A stretch of DNA of 64,000 bases from an uncultured Candidatus Rokubacteria bacterium (GCA_963708025.1 CAVPSB010000032.1:192001-256000), one strand, 5' to 3'. Positions 1 through 9,556 are shown, numbered from the stretch's first letter. Made by a program: numbers and translations. Notes: generated by a model from the letters alone, not told the origin.

Positions 1-954
1 CACGGTCATGTCGTTGACCTGGCAGCCGGTGCCGACGACGCAGCCCTCGCCGATCACCGTCCGGCCCGTGAGACGCACGCCGGGATGGAGGACGGTGTCC
101 CGCCCCACCGCGACGTCCGCATCGACGTACGTCGCGTGCGGATCCAGCACCGTCACGCCTTCTGCCATCAGCCGACCGAGGATCCGCTCGCGAAGAACGG
201 CCTCGAGCTCGGCGAGCTGCCGCCGGTCGTTCACGCCGGCGACCTCGAGGGCATCGTCCACGTGGACCGACTCGACCCGCCGGCGCGCGCGGGCGAGCCG
301 GGCGATCACGTCGGTGAGGTACAGCTCCGCCTGGTCGTTGTCGGAGGACAGGCGCTCGAGCGCAGGCCAGAGCCAGCGCGGATCGAAGCAGTAGATGCCG
401 GAGTTGCACTCGGTGAGCCGGCGCTGAGCGGCGGTGGCATCCCGCTCCTCGACGATCCCCACGATCGGCCCCCGCCGCCGACGACGAACGATCCGGCCGT
501 AGCCGGTGGGATCGGGCGGCGTGAACGTCAGCACCGTCGCCGCCGCCCGGGTCCGCCGGTGGTGGGCGAGGAGCCGCTCCACGGTCGACACGGCGAGGAG
601 CGGCACGTCCGCGTAGAGGAGCACGATCTCGCCGGCCGTCTCCGGGACCGCGCCCTTCGCCATCGTGAGAGCGTGGCCGGTGCCTCGCTGCTGCTTCTGC
701 TCGGCGAACCGGATCTCGCCGGCCTCGGCCAGCGGGCCCAGCGCCGCCCGGACGGCGTCGCCCTGGTGGCCGATGACGATCACCGTGCCCCGGGCGCCGA
801 GGGCGCGGGCCAGCGCCAGCGGGTATTCGATCAGCGGCCGTCCGGCCAGCCGGTGCAGGACCTTGGCGCGGGCCGAGCGCATCCGCTTGCCTTCCCCGGC
901 GGCCAGGATGACGGTCCACGTCTCGATCGGCCCCCTGGTCGATGCCGCCCTCAT
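1..954 (-). CDS. glmU: Bifunctional UDP-GlcNAc pyrophosphorylase / glucosamine-1-P acetyltransferase (runs off the window start)
   Basis: Manual translation (not in ORF track): ATG at 954, VILAAGEGKRMRSARAKVLH at the N-terminus, later LMAEGVTVLDPHATYVDADVAVGRDTVLHPGV hexapeptide region. ATGA overlap with the yvcK stop. Confidence 0.95.
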   Translation of the reverse strand, partial: MRAASTRGPIETWTVILAAGEGKRMRSARAKVLHRLAGRPLIEYPLALARALGARGTVIVIGHQGDAVRAALGPLAEAGEIRFAEQKQQRGTGHALTMAKGAVPETAGEIVLLYADVPLLAVSTVERLLAHHRRTRAAATVLTFTPPDPTGYGRIVRRRRRGPIVGIVEERDATAAQRRLTECNSGIYCFDPRWLWPALERLSSDNDQAELYLTDVIARLARARRRVESVHVDDALEVAGVNDRRQLAELEAVLRERILGRLMAEGVTVLDPHATYVDADVAVGRDTVLHPGVRLTGRTVIGEGCVVGTGCQVNDMTV

Positions 955-1991
955 GAACCTCCACCCCTTTCGTCGCGGGCTGCCGCCGCGCCGCGCGCGC
1001 GGACCGGGCCCCCGTGCTCGATGAGGCGGACGAGCACGCGCCCGAGCTTGTCGGGATGGTGCCGCGCCAGCTCGCTGGGACCCGTCAGATCGGCCTCGGC
1101 CAGCCATACCCCCAGCGCGTGCAGCCGGTCCCGATCCACCGGCACCGGGCGCGCCCCCACCTTCTGGTACCGGACCAGCACGTCGGCGGGGAACGACGGG
1201 CCATGGACGACGACCCCGTCCAGCACGCCGCGGCCGCTGTGAGCGTACAGCCCCTGGAGGTGGTCCGCCAGCGTGAGCCCGTCGGTCTCCCCGGGCTCGG
1301 TCATCAGGTTGCCGACGTAGACGCGCAGCGCCGCCGCTTTCCGGAGCGCGTCGGCGACCCCACCCACCAGCAGGTTCGGGATGAGGCTCGTGTAGAGCGA
1401 GCCCGGGGCCAGGACGATCGCGTCCGCCCGGGCGATCGCCTCCAGGACCTCGGGAAGGGCCGGCACGGTCGCCGGCTCGATGAAGACGCGGCGTACCGGC
1501 TGCTTCCCCTGGCGCAGCTTCGTCTCCCCGTGAACGATGCTGCCGTCGGTCAGCTCGGCGCCGAGCGTCACGCTTTCCAGGGTGGAGGGGAGGATCGTCC
1601 CCTGGACCGCCAGCACCTTGCCGGAGATCCGGATCGCCTGCAGGAAGTTGCCGGTGACGTTGGTGAGCGCGGCCAGGAAGAGGTTGCCGAAGCTGTGCCC
1701 GGCGAGCGACCCGTCGCCGCCGAACCGGAACTGGAAGAGCTGCGCCATGAGGGGCTCGACCTCGGCCAGCGCCACCAGGCAGTTGCGGATGTCGCCCGGC
1801 GGCAACATGTTCAGCTCCTCCCGGAGCCGGCCCGAGCTGCCGCCGTCGTCGGTGACCGTCACCACGGCGGTCAGATCGGACACGCGGCTGCCCAGGTAGC
1901 GCTTCAGGGCGGCGAGCACCACGGGGAGCCCGGTGCCCCCCCCGATGGCCACCACCCGCCGTCCCCCGTCTCGCCCGCGACGCCCGATCAT
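951..1991 (-). CDS. yvcK: YvcK/GlmR (CofD-related) UDP-GlcNAc-binding gluconeogenesis factor
   Basis: VVAIGGGTGL, VTVTDDGGSSGRLR, PPGDIRNCL, GHSFGNL, PGSLYTSLIPNLLV motifs. Confidence 0.93.
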   Translation of the reverse strand: MIGRRGRDGGRRVVAIGGGTGLPVVLAALKRYLGSRVSDLTAVVTVTDDGGSSGRLREELNMLPPGDIRNCLVALAEVEPLMAQLFQFRFGGDGSLAGHSFGNLFLAALTNVTGNFLQAIRISGKVLAVQGTILPSTLESVTLGAELTDGSIVHGETKLRQGKQPVRRVFIEPATVPALPEVLEAIARADAIVLAPGSLYTSLIPNLLVGGVADALRKAAALRVYVGNLMTEPGETDGLTLADHLQGLYAHSGRGVLDGVVVHGPSFPADVLVRYQKVGARPVPVDRDRLHALGVWLAEADLTGPSELARHHPDKLGRVLVRLIEHGGPVRARGAAAARDERGGGS

Positions 1992-2959
1992 GGCAAATCT
2001 CCTGCCATCTTAGCACTGTCGCCTCGCCCCCGAAGCCAAGCCAGGAGGACCTGAAACGAGGGCGGGGGGGGGACTTCGAGCCGGCACCGCTCACCGGTCT
2101 CGGGGTGGGTGAACCCGAGGACGGCGGCATGGAGGGCGAGGCCGCCGAGCGCCTCGACCCGGCAGGTCAGCTCCGGGTCGCCTGGGGCAGGAATGCGCCG
2201 ACGGTACGTCCGATCGCCCACGACGGGAAAGCCGATGTGACCCAGGTGGACCCGGATCTGGTGCGTGCGACCCGTCCCGAGCTGGACCGCCAGCAGGGTC
2301 AGCGGGGCGGGACCTCCGAAGCGCTCGAGGACCCGGTAGCGGGTCAGGGCATGGCGCCCCGCGCCGGCCGGCCGCACGGCCATCCGCAGCCGGTCGCGCG
2401 GGTGGCGGCCGATGGCCGTCTCGATCACACCCTCCAGGCGCGGCACGGTGCCGTGCACCAGCGCGAGATAGCGTCGCTCGACGCTCCGCGCCTTGAGCTG
2501 GCGCGCCAGGGTGAGGTGCGCGTGGTCCGTCTTCGCCACGACCAGGAGGCCGGAGGTGCCGCGGTCGAGGCGATGGACGATCCCGGGCCGCCGCACCCCG
2601 CCGATCCCCGAGAGGGTGGAGCCGCAGTGCGCCAGGAGCGCGTGCACGAGGGTCCCCGTCGCGTGACCGGCGCCCGGATGGACGACCAGGCCGGCCGGCT
2701 TGTTGACGACGAGGAGGGCCGGATCCTCGTAGACGATGTCGAGCGGGATCTCCTCCGGAGCGAGCTCGAGCGCGACCGGGGGCGGCACCTCGACGCGCAC
2801 GACCTCGCCGACACGGAGGCGGTGGCTGGCTTTCCGCCGTCGATCGTCGACGGTGACCCGGCCGGCACCGATGAGCGACTGCAGCCGGGTGCGCGAGAGG
2901 TCGGGGGCGCGGGCGGCCAGGAGACGGTCGAGCCGCTGCCCGGCCTCCGCCGCCGTCAC
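1988..2959 (-). CDS. rluD: RluA/RluD family 23S rRNA pseudouridine synthase
   Basis: S4-like GQRLDRLL, VVNKPAGLVVHP, HRLDRGTSG catalytic motif, TGRTHQIRVH. Start approximate (GTG at 2959). Confidence 0.92.
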   Translation of the reverse strand: MTAAEAGQRLDRLLAARAPDLSRTRLQSLIGAGRVTVDDRRRKASHRLRVGEVVRVEVPPPVALELAPEEIPLDIVYEDPALLVVNKPAGLVVHPGAGHATGTLVHALLAHCGSTLSGIGGVRRPGIVHRLDRGTSGLLVVAKTDHAHLTLARQLKARSVERRYLALVHGTVPRLEGVIETAIGRHPRDRLRMAVRPAGAGRHALTRYRVLERFGGPAPLTLLAVQLGTGRTHQIRVHLGHIGFPVVGDRTYRRRIPAPGDPELTCRVEALGGLALHAAVLGFTHPETGERCRLEVPPPPSFQVLLAWLRGRGDSAKMAGDLP

Positions 2960-2981
2960 CGTGAGGGTGCGCGGCCCGGCC

Positions 2982-3476
2982 TCAGACGTGGCCGCGGGAT
3001 TCCTCCGGCTGACGCCCAAACGCCAGCCCGGCGGCGAGCAGCACCACACCGACCGTGATCGCGGAGTCCGCCACGTTGAACGCCGGCCAGTGATAGTCGC
3101 GCCAGTGGGCGTCGATGAAGTCGACGACCGCCCCCACCCGCCAGCGGTCGAGCAGGTTGCCGGCCGCTCCGCCAAACACGAGCCCGAGGGCGACGCGACC
3201 GGTCCAGCCGCCCTCCGGCACGATCTTCAGGGCCACCGAGCAGAGGAGCACGAGCGCCGCCAGCGAGAAGACCGTGACTAGCCAGCGCCACTCGGGGGGG
3301 AGCCGCGAGAAGAACCCGAACGCGACCCCGGTGTTGAACACCAGGGCGAGGTCGACCAGGCCGGGGACGACGGGGACCGGGCGCGTGGGGCTCAGGGCAG
3401 CCAGCGCCCAGAGCTTGGTGAGCTGGTCGGCGGCGAAGACCGGGAGGGCGATCCCCGCCACGGAGATCAGGCGCAC
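2982..3476 (-). CDS. lspA: Lipoprotein signal peptidase II
   Basis: DQLTK, NTGVAFG, GAAGNLLDR, VVDFI, WPAFNVADSAIT motifs. Start approximate. Confidence 0.95.
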   Translation of the reverse strand: MRLISVAGIALPVFAADQLTKLWALAALSPTRPVPVVPGLVDLALVFNTGVAFGFFSRLPPEWRWLVTVFSLAALVLLCSVALKIVPEGGWTGRVALGLVFGGAAGNLLDRWRVGAVVDFIDAHWRDYHWPAFNVADSAITVGVVLLAAGLAFGRQPEESRGHV

Positions 3477-3547
3477 GCAGATGGCTCGCGCTCGGTTCGG
3501 AACTCTCGCTAGACCCCCCCGGAGACGTCGGTGTCCGTGAACCAATA

Positions 3548-3707
3548 CTGGCGGCTCTGATTCCTACCACCCGTCGGCTTCTCGCAACCCTCTGACACCG
3601 GCCACCCGGTCGCGGCGTTCCACTTCGAGCCGCGGCCCACAGGCCGAAGGCCGTCGAACAGTCGCGGCCTCGAGGGGGGGTTCGGGGGGCTTCCGAGACC
3701 CCTCCGA
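3548..3707 (-). repeat. Intergenic repeat family A, carrying a family C hairpin inserted at its stem apex
   Basis: Colinear with copies at 15716, 30352, 40243, 41192, 43845, 54917 and 61277. Confidence 0.85.
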
Positions 3708-3712
3708 TGTTC

Positions 3713-4106
3713 TCAGTCGAGGGTCGCGCTGGTCTCGATCCGTTCGAACCGGGCGATCCTCGAGCACCGCACCAGGCCCTCGTCGTTGCTGGCGAAGCCG
3801 GTCGCGTCGTAGGCTCGTCGCTCGCCAGGCCGCAGGTTGTCGATCGTGACAGCGCGTGGTGCCGAGCGACTGGACGGTGGCGCTGAAAGCCTGCCAGCGC
3901 AGGACCACGTCGAAGGTCGCGGCGGCCGTGGCGTTCCGCACGATCCCCCGCACGTGGCAGTCATCCCTGACGGGAAACAGCACCTCGGACTCGACGACGA
4001 TGGCGAGCAGGTCGGCAGGGGTCGTGCTCGAGCTGTCGTTCCCGCACCCCGCCAGCAGGGCGAGGCCCAGCGCCACCACCAGCAGTTGGCTCACGGTCTG
4101 TCGCAC
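3713..4106 (-). CDS. Hypothetical lipoprotein with one frameshift near 3852
   Basis: GGAGGG RBS, GTG start, lipobox LAGC. Coding continues in a second frame (VTIDNLRPGERRAYDATGF). Confidence 0.6.
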
Positions 4107-4179
4107 GTACCCTCCGCCCGCGCGACTCCGGACCCGGTCCGTCGCGCTCCGCACCAGTGAAGCACGTCCGATCGGCTTG

Positions 4180-5700
4180 TCAAGGGCGCCGGCCCGGACA
4201 CGCGGACGCCGGCCGGCCCCGCCGGCTCCACGCCGTCTCGTAGACGACCATCTCGTCGGCGCCGGCCACGACGTTGTGAGCCAGCCGGACGCGCTCGATC
4301 GGCCGGAACAGATCGGACCGGGTGGCCAGCCCGGGAAACCACGCCGGGAAGATGACCAGGTAGTCGGGGCAGGCGCGCTCCAGATAGGCGAGGACGCCGG
4401 CGTCCCCCTGGCGGCGGGCCGGCACGACGTCGGGCGTGACGAGGCCCATCAGGTCGATGATCCGCCGGTTCCCGAAGTAGGTCAGGGCGCCGACGTCGTT
4501 CACCGCCAGCAGCGCGTCGGGCGGCGTCTCCCGGGCCACCCAGCGACCGAGCCGGACCTGCATGGCGCTGATGTTCTGGACCCCCCAGGCGTAGGCAACG
4601 CTGGCCGGCCCGAGCGTCAACGCCAGGGCCAGGGCGGCCAGCCCGACGACGGCAGGGCGGAGGCCGAACCGCGGCGGGAGGGCCCTCAGTAGCGCCCCGA
4701 GTCCCGCCACGCCGACGACGACCTCGAGCGGGATCAGGTGAGTCGAGTACCGGCCGGTCTGGAACGCGGGGCCGCGGTAGGGCGCGAGGAGCGCCATCGC
4801 CACGGGATGCAGGACCAGCCCGAGGATGAGCCAGCGGAGCCGGCTGCGGCGGAGCGCGATGCCCCCGACGACGAGGAGCACGGGCAGCGCCAGGTGGTCG
4901 GCGGCGAGGAGCCCGACCCACTCGACGAGGTACGCGAGGACGCGCTGGCCCATCGCGCCCCAGGGATCACCGACGCCGGTGAGTCGGCCGAGGAGCCCGC
5001 CCTCGATCTTCGCCACGGCCGTCCCCGGGAGCAGGCCACCGATCGTCCACAGGTTGAACGCGGGCGCGGGTGCAATGACGAGCGCGGCGACCGCGGCCCG
5101 CGCCCCGGCGGCGGCGAGCCGGCCCGCCGAGGCCGCGTGCAGCGCGACCAGCAAGGCCGCCTCCGGCCGCGCCAGCGTGGCGGCGCCGAGCGTCGCGGCG
5201 GCGCCGAGGTCATGGCCGCGGACGGCCAGGAGGATGCCGGCCGCGACGAGCGCCGCCGCCAGCGGCACCTCCATGCCCGACAGCGCCCCCCAGGCGAGCC
5301 GACCCAGCCCGACGGCGCCCAGGCCGGCAGCGAGCGCCAGCCCCCGCGGGAAGCCGAGCGCGAGGCCGAGGCGCCGCGTCAGGAGGCCCGTCGCCCCGTA
5401 GGCGAGGACACCGAGGAGCTTGGCGGCGAGCAGCCCGGGGAGCCCGAGCGCCAGCGCGAGGGCGAGGAGCAACGTCCAGAGCGGGGCGGTGGAGCCGGCG
5501 ACGGACGCGCCGGGGTTGATCGCGAAGCCGCGCCCGGCAGCGAGATTGTCGGCGAAGCGCAGGTGGATCCAGCTGTCGTCGAGCGGCAGGCCGGCCTCGC
5601 CCGCGATGCGGAGCTCGGCGCCCAGGAACAGCAGGAGCACCGCGGCCCCGACCGCCAGGATGACGGCGTCATCGCGGAATGTTCGGGACCTCCCGCCCAC
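4180..5700 (-). CDS. Polytopic membrane protein, GT-C-like glycosyltransferase candidate
   Basis: LDDSWIHLRFA after TM1, GSTAPLW, SGME, TLARPE, DVGAL, IDLMGL, many TM segments. Confidence 0.65.
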   Translation of the reverse strand: MGGRSRTFRDDAVILAVGAAVLLLFLGAELRIAGEAGLPLDDSWIHLRFADNLAAGRGFAINPGASVAGSTAPLWTLLLALALALGLPGLLAAKLLGVLAYGATGLLTRRLGLALGFPRGLALAAGLGAVGLGRLAWGALSGMEVPLAAALVAAGILLAVRGHDLGAAATLGAATLARPEAALLVALHAASAGRLAAAGARAAVAALVIAPAPAFNLWTIGGLLPGTAVAKIEGGLLGRLTGVGDPWGAMGQRVLAYLVEWVGLLAADHLALPVLLVVGGIALRRSRLRWLILGLVLHPVAMALLAPYRGPAFQTGRYSTHLIPLEVVVGVAGLGALLRALPPRFGLRPAVVGLAALALALTLGPASVAYAWGVQNISAMQVRLGRWVARETPPDALLAVNDVGALTYFGNRRIIDLMGLVTPDVVPARRQGDAGVLAYLERACPDYLVIFPAWFPGLATRSDLFRPIERVRLAHNVVAGADEMVVYETAWSRRGRPASACPGRRP

Positions 5701-5805
5701 CCGATCCGTTCGGCGGCCTTCGGCCCGACCCCCCTCCCCCCCCTGACGGCCTCCAGCCTACCGGGGGGGAGGGGGGGGCCGGAAGAACCCGATTGCTTCA
5801 CACGC
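5681..5805 (+). repeat. Intergenic repeat family B
   Basis: Ends GTTCGGGACCTCCCG ... CTTCACACG shared with copies at 7953 and 20273. Confidence 0.75.
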
Positions 5806-5807
5806 CG

Positions 5808-7445
5808 TCAGTGCAGGCGAGCGACGGCGGTGACCGGCGTCAGCCGGTACGCGCCGTGCTCCACCACCCGGCGCTCCAGCGGGAGCGCGTACAGCCACCG
5901 CCCGTACGGCAGCGCCAGCGCCCGGAGCTCGGGTGGCCGCGGGATCGCCGGGTTCCAGAAGTCCACCACCCAGACGAGCCGGCGGGCGCTCGACGGGAGC
6001 ACGATCTCGGGGGTGTCCAGAGCGGCCATCGTGGTCGCGTTCTGCGAGCCGAGATAGCCGGGCGAGAAGGGCGGAAGCCGCAGGTGGTAGACGGAATACT
6101 CGGGCAGGTAGTACATGACGTGGCGGAACCAGGGGTAGGAGCGGCGGTTTCCCAGCTCCGTCACCAGCACCGTGTCGCGCGGGTCGAAATGCTGGCGCAC
6201 GCCGGCCACGTACGCCCGGATGACCCCTTCCTGCTCGGCGAGCCCCCGCGCGGTGTGCGGCCAGAGTCGAAAGCGGTAGCGCGCGCGGAGCGACGTCACC
6301 CCGTCCGCGCTCCCGGGCGCGGCGTCGAAGAGACCCTGCACCTCGATCGGGCCGGCGCGCGTGAAGAAGGCGGCGTGCGCCAGCACGATACCGGCCACCA
6401 GGAAGGCCGGAGTCGCCCACCGCACGGTCGGGCCCGGCACGCGGTGCCAGCGGACCGCCGTCGCGAGATGGGCCGTGGCGACGACCAGCCAGCGGGCGAT
6501 CAGAATCGTCAGCCCCGGCAGGATGGCGAGGAGATAGCCGTACTGGCCGAAGTGGACGAACGTGTAGACGAGGACCGGGGGCACCACCCAGCCGGCAAAG
6601 AACCAGGCGCGAGGGTCCCCGTGACCGAGCCGAGGCAGGCCGGCGGCCATGACCGGCACCAAGACGGGCAGGAGCAGGCCCAGGCCGAGGACGGCCGCCT
6701 CGGCGAGGATCACGAGGTTCACCGGCCACGCCCCGAGGAAGCTCGTCGCGCGAACCGTCGAGTCGAAGAGCTCGAGCGCCGCTCCGGCGTAACGGCCGGG
6801 CCCGCCGGCGAGCCACAACATCGGGACGAGCCAGGCGGCCGTGACCATCGCCAGGACACCGAGCCCCGCCAGCACCGGGCGCCAGCGGCGGAAGGCCATC
6901 CAGGCTGCCCCGAGCCACAGGGGGAAGAAGAGGACGAGCACCGACTGGCGCACCCCGCCGGCGACCCCGAGGGCTAGCGCCGCGGCGAGGGCGGCCGGAG
7001 CCTGACCCTCGCGCATCCGCCAGATGAGCAGGGCCAGCGCCGTCGCCAGCGCCGCCTCGGTCGTGTAGCTGAGCCCGACGATGCCGTAGAACCAGAAGAG
7101 GGGACTGGCGGCCAGCAGCGTCGCCGCCACCAGCGCGGTGGGGCGGTCGTAGAGCCGCCAGGCGAGGGCGTAGACGAGGAACACGGTAGCGGCGCTCGCG
7201 GCGAGCGCGAGCCAGGTCAAGCTGGCGCTCGCGTCCCCGCTCACCGTGTTGATCAGTCGGGTCAGCGCGACGTAGAGGATGTACCCGGGCGGATGGGGCT
7301 GATGCTTGACGACGTCGTACTCGGAAAGCGCGAGCGCGAACTGGACGGCGTCCCAGCTCGGCAGGAGCCGGGCCCGGAACGGCGCGCGGGAGAGCGCCGT
7401 GACGGCGGCCAGGAAGAGCGCGAGGGCAAGGTCGGTTCGGGGCAT
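5808..7445 (-). CDS. Polytopic membrane protein, DUF2723/PMT-like GT-C candidate
   Basis: WDAVQFAL and HQPHPPGYILY motifs, multiple TM helices, soluble C-terminal domain. Start could be as far upstream as 7562. Confidence 0.65.
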   Translation of the reverse strand: MPRTDLALALFLAAVTALSRAPFRARLLPSWDAVQFALALSEYDVVKHQPHPPGYILYVALTRLINTVSGDASASLTWLALAASAATVFLVYALAWRLYDRPTALVAATLLAASPLFWFYGIVGLSYTTEAALATALALLIWRMREGQAPAALAAALALGVAGGVRQSVLVLFFPLWLGAAWMAFRRWRPVLAGLGVLAMVTAAWLVPMLWLAGGPGRYAGAALELFDSTVRATSFLGAWPVNLVILAEAAVLGLGLLLPVLVPVMAAGLPRLGHGDPRAWFFAGWVVPPVLVYTFVHFGQYGYLLAILPGLTILIARWLVVATAHLATAVRWHRVPGPTVRWATPAFLVAGIVLAHAAFFTRAGPIEVQGLFDAAPGSADGVTSLRARYRFRLWPHTARGLAEQEGVIRAYVAGVRQHFDPRDTVLVTELGNRRSYPWFRHVMYYLPEYSVYHLRLPPFSPGYLGSQNATTMAALDTPEIVLPSSARRLVWVVDFWNPAIPRPPELRALALPYGRWLYALPLERRVVEHGAYRLTPVTAVARLH

Positions 7446-7607
7446 CGGGCGCCGGTCGGGACCGTCGGCGTCGATGATAGCACGCGGAAACGACGCGCGC
7501 CCGAGGGCGGGCACCGGGCCGGCGGCGCCCACGGCTGGAGACGGGCCAGAGGGTTCGGACACGGAAACGAGGGCCGCCCGGGGCGGCCCCGCGGGGTGGG
7601 CCGGGGA

Positions 7608-7781
7608 TCAGACGGGCTTCTTGTCCTCGGTGGCCTTGGGCTCCTCTTCGCTCTGCGCCCGCTTGAACTCCGAGACGCTCTTCCCCAGACCCCGCGCCAG
7701 CTCGGGGAGCTTCTGCGCCCCGAACAGGAGCAGGACGATGACCAGGATGATCATCAGCTCCTGATAGCCAAGACCGAACAT
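7608..7781 (-). CDS. tatA: Twin-arginine translocase TatA/TatE subunit (57 aa)
   Basis: Manual translation: [57 protein letters not shown]. Below the ORF-track size cut-off. Confidence 0.95.
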   Translation of the reverse strand: MFGLGYQELMIILVIVLLLFGAQKLPELARGLGKSVSEFKRAQSEEEPKATEDKKPV

Positions 7782-7952
7782 GCGGGCCCCCTTCCCTGAA
7801 CGCGCCGGCGGGCGCGAAGGTGACCTCTACCTTACGCCCGGCAGCCCGAAGGTGTCAATTCGGGCTCGGCCGCGAGCCCACGTCAGGACGTGGCCGGCGG
7901 CGTGCTCGTGGGAGCGGAGCGGGCGCCGGGTTGCGGACCCGGGGCGCGGGCT

Positions 7953-8047
7953 CTCAGTTCGGGACCTCCCGTCCACCCCCCCAGCCCCCCTCCCCCACCC
8001 ACCGGGGGGAAGGGGGGGAGTCGGAGGACCCATTCCTTCACACGCTC
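7953..8047 (+). repeat. Intergenic repeat family B
   Basis: CTCAGTTCGGGACCTCCC...CCCCCTCCCCCACCCACCGGGGGGAAGGGGGG...CCCATTCCTTCACACGCTC. Confidence 0.85.
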
Positions 8048-8061
8048 AGCCAAGCCCTGGG

Positions 8062-9252
8062 CTAGGACGGCACCGGCGCGGCCACGGCGGGGCGGAGCGT
8101 GAAACAGAGCGGGACGGTGACGAGCACCACCGCGCTGACGATCGTCAGCGTCGCGGCGACACCGGCCGCGTCGCTGACGAGGCCGTAGGCGGAGGGCGCC
8201 AGGGCCGAGGCGCCGACGCTCAGCGTGTAGTAGAGGCCGTAGGCGCGCGAGCGACGCTCGGGCATCACCAGGTCGGCCACCGTCCCGTAGAGGACCGACG
8301 AGGTGCCGTTCAGCGCGACGCCGAGCGGGAAAAGGACCCCAAGGGCGACCGGGAGCGGCGATGCCAGGATCGCCAGGATCGCGACGGCCGTCGCCACCTC
8401 GGTGAGCACGACCGTCCGGATGACGCCCAGTCGCTCGGCCACGAGTCCACACACGAACTTGCCGGCCGCGCCGCCGGCGAAGACGAGGGCGAGGGCGGCG
8501 CCCACCCCGGTGACGGTGGCCCCCTTGGCGACCAGGGCGAAGGGGAGGAACGTGAGAAAGCCCGTGCGGGTGGCGTTGTCGATCATCCCGATCGCGGCGA
8601 GCGCGCCGAAGCCCCGGACGTCGCGGATGCCCCAGCCGGCCACGCCGCCGGCCGCGCCCGATACCGCCGTCGGCCGATCGCCGGCGTGGAGCCGGCCGAG
8701 GGTCACCGCCATCAGAACCGTCCCCATCAGGCCGAGGACGCCCGCCACGACCCCCGCCGTCCGCCAGCCCACCACGGCCGCGATCGCGGCGGCGGCGGCG
8801 GAGCCGGCGATCTTGCCGAGATCGCCGGCGAAATTGTAGGTCCCGAGCGCCGCCCGGCGAAGCCCACCCTCGTAGGCCTTGGAGACCAGGGAGGACGAGA
8901 GCGGGTGCTGGGCGCCGGAGCCGAGGCCCGCGACCAGCAGGACCAGCAGCAGCGGAAGAAAGCCCTCGACGCCGGCGGTCGCCACGAAGCCCAGCGCGGT
9001 GACGGCGGTGCCGGCGGCCAGGATCAGCCGCTCCCCCCGGCGCTCGGCCAGCAGCCCGGCGGGAACCTGGAAGAGCGCCATGCCGCTCGAGTACGCGGTC
9101 CGGATCGCCCCGACCTGGGTGAAGCTGAGCCCGAACTCCCGCGCCCACAGCGGCAGGAAGACGTACAGGAGGTCGGAGAAGGCGTCGTGGAGGAAATGGG
9201 TCGCGCAGGCGACGGCCAGCACCGCCCGGGTCCGCGTGACCGGCTGCCTCAT
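8062..9252 (-). CDS. MFS transporter (FsR-like)
   Basis: THFLHD, QVPAGLLAERRGER motif A, HP and GDLG motifs, about 12 TM segments. Confidence 0.88.
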   Translation of the reverse strand: MRQPVTRTRAVLAVACATHFLHDAFSDLLYVFLPLWAREFGLSFTQVGAIRTAYSSGMALFQVPAGLLAERRGERLILAAGTAVTALGFVATAGVEGFLPLLLVLLVAGLGSGAQHPLSSSLVSKAYEGGLRRAALGTYNFAGDLGKIAGSAAAAAIAAVVGWRTAGVVAGVLGLMGTVLMAVTLGRLHAGDRPTAVSGAAGGVAGWGIRDVRGFGALAAIGMIDNATRTGFLTFLPFALVAKGATVTGVGAALALVFAGGAAGKFVCGLVAERLGVIRTVVLTEVATAVAILAILASPLPVALGVLFPLGVALNGTSSVLYGTVADLVMPERRSRAYGLYYTLSVGASALAPSAYGLVSDAAGVAATLTIVSAVVLVTVPLCFTLRPAVAAPVPS

Positions 9253-9309
9253 GACCCCAGCGAGCGTCCTGGGGACGCCAAAGTCACGACAGATGAGTCA
9301 AGTTCTCGG

Positions 9310-9555
9310 GGGCGGGGCCGAGGAGCGAGCAGCGCCCACAGGCCGAAGGCCGTCCGCCCCAGGCCGAAGGCCGTCCAATCGACGCAGGGAGTCGCCCACC
9401 GCAGGCGTACTCCGAGCACGCCGAGGATCGGCGACGACCCCAAAGGCCGAAGGCCGTCCGAACGACGACCATAGGTCGGGACGGACGCCAGGCGAGGCCG
9501 TAGGCCGAGCGCGTCCCGGCCGAGATGGACGTTGCGACGCTCATCGGCCCCGCCC
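9310..9555. repeat. Composite nested palindrome (outer inverted repeat, three family C units, one family D core, one family E unit)
   Basis: GGGCGGGGCCGAGGAGCG (9310-9327) pairs with CGCTCATCGGCCCCGCCC (9538-9555). AGGCCGAAGGCCGTCC occurs three times inside. Confidence 0.8.
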
Positions 9556-9556
9556 G

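Noticed and set aside
9337..9460. Three repeated AGGCCGAAGGCCGTCC units as a CRISPR array
   Set aside because: Units are about 16-20 nt, spacing is irregular (about 21 and 83 nt), no cas genes are present, and the unit is dispersed elsewhere.
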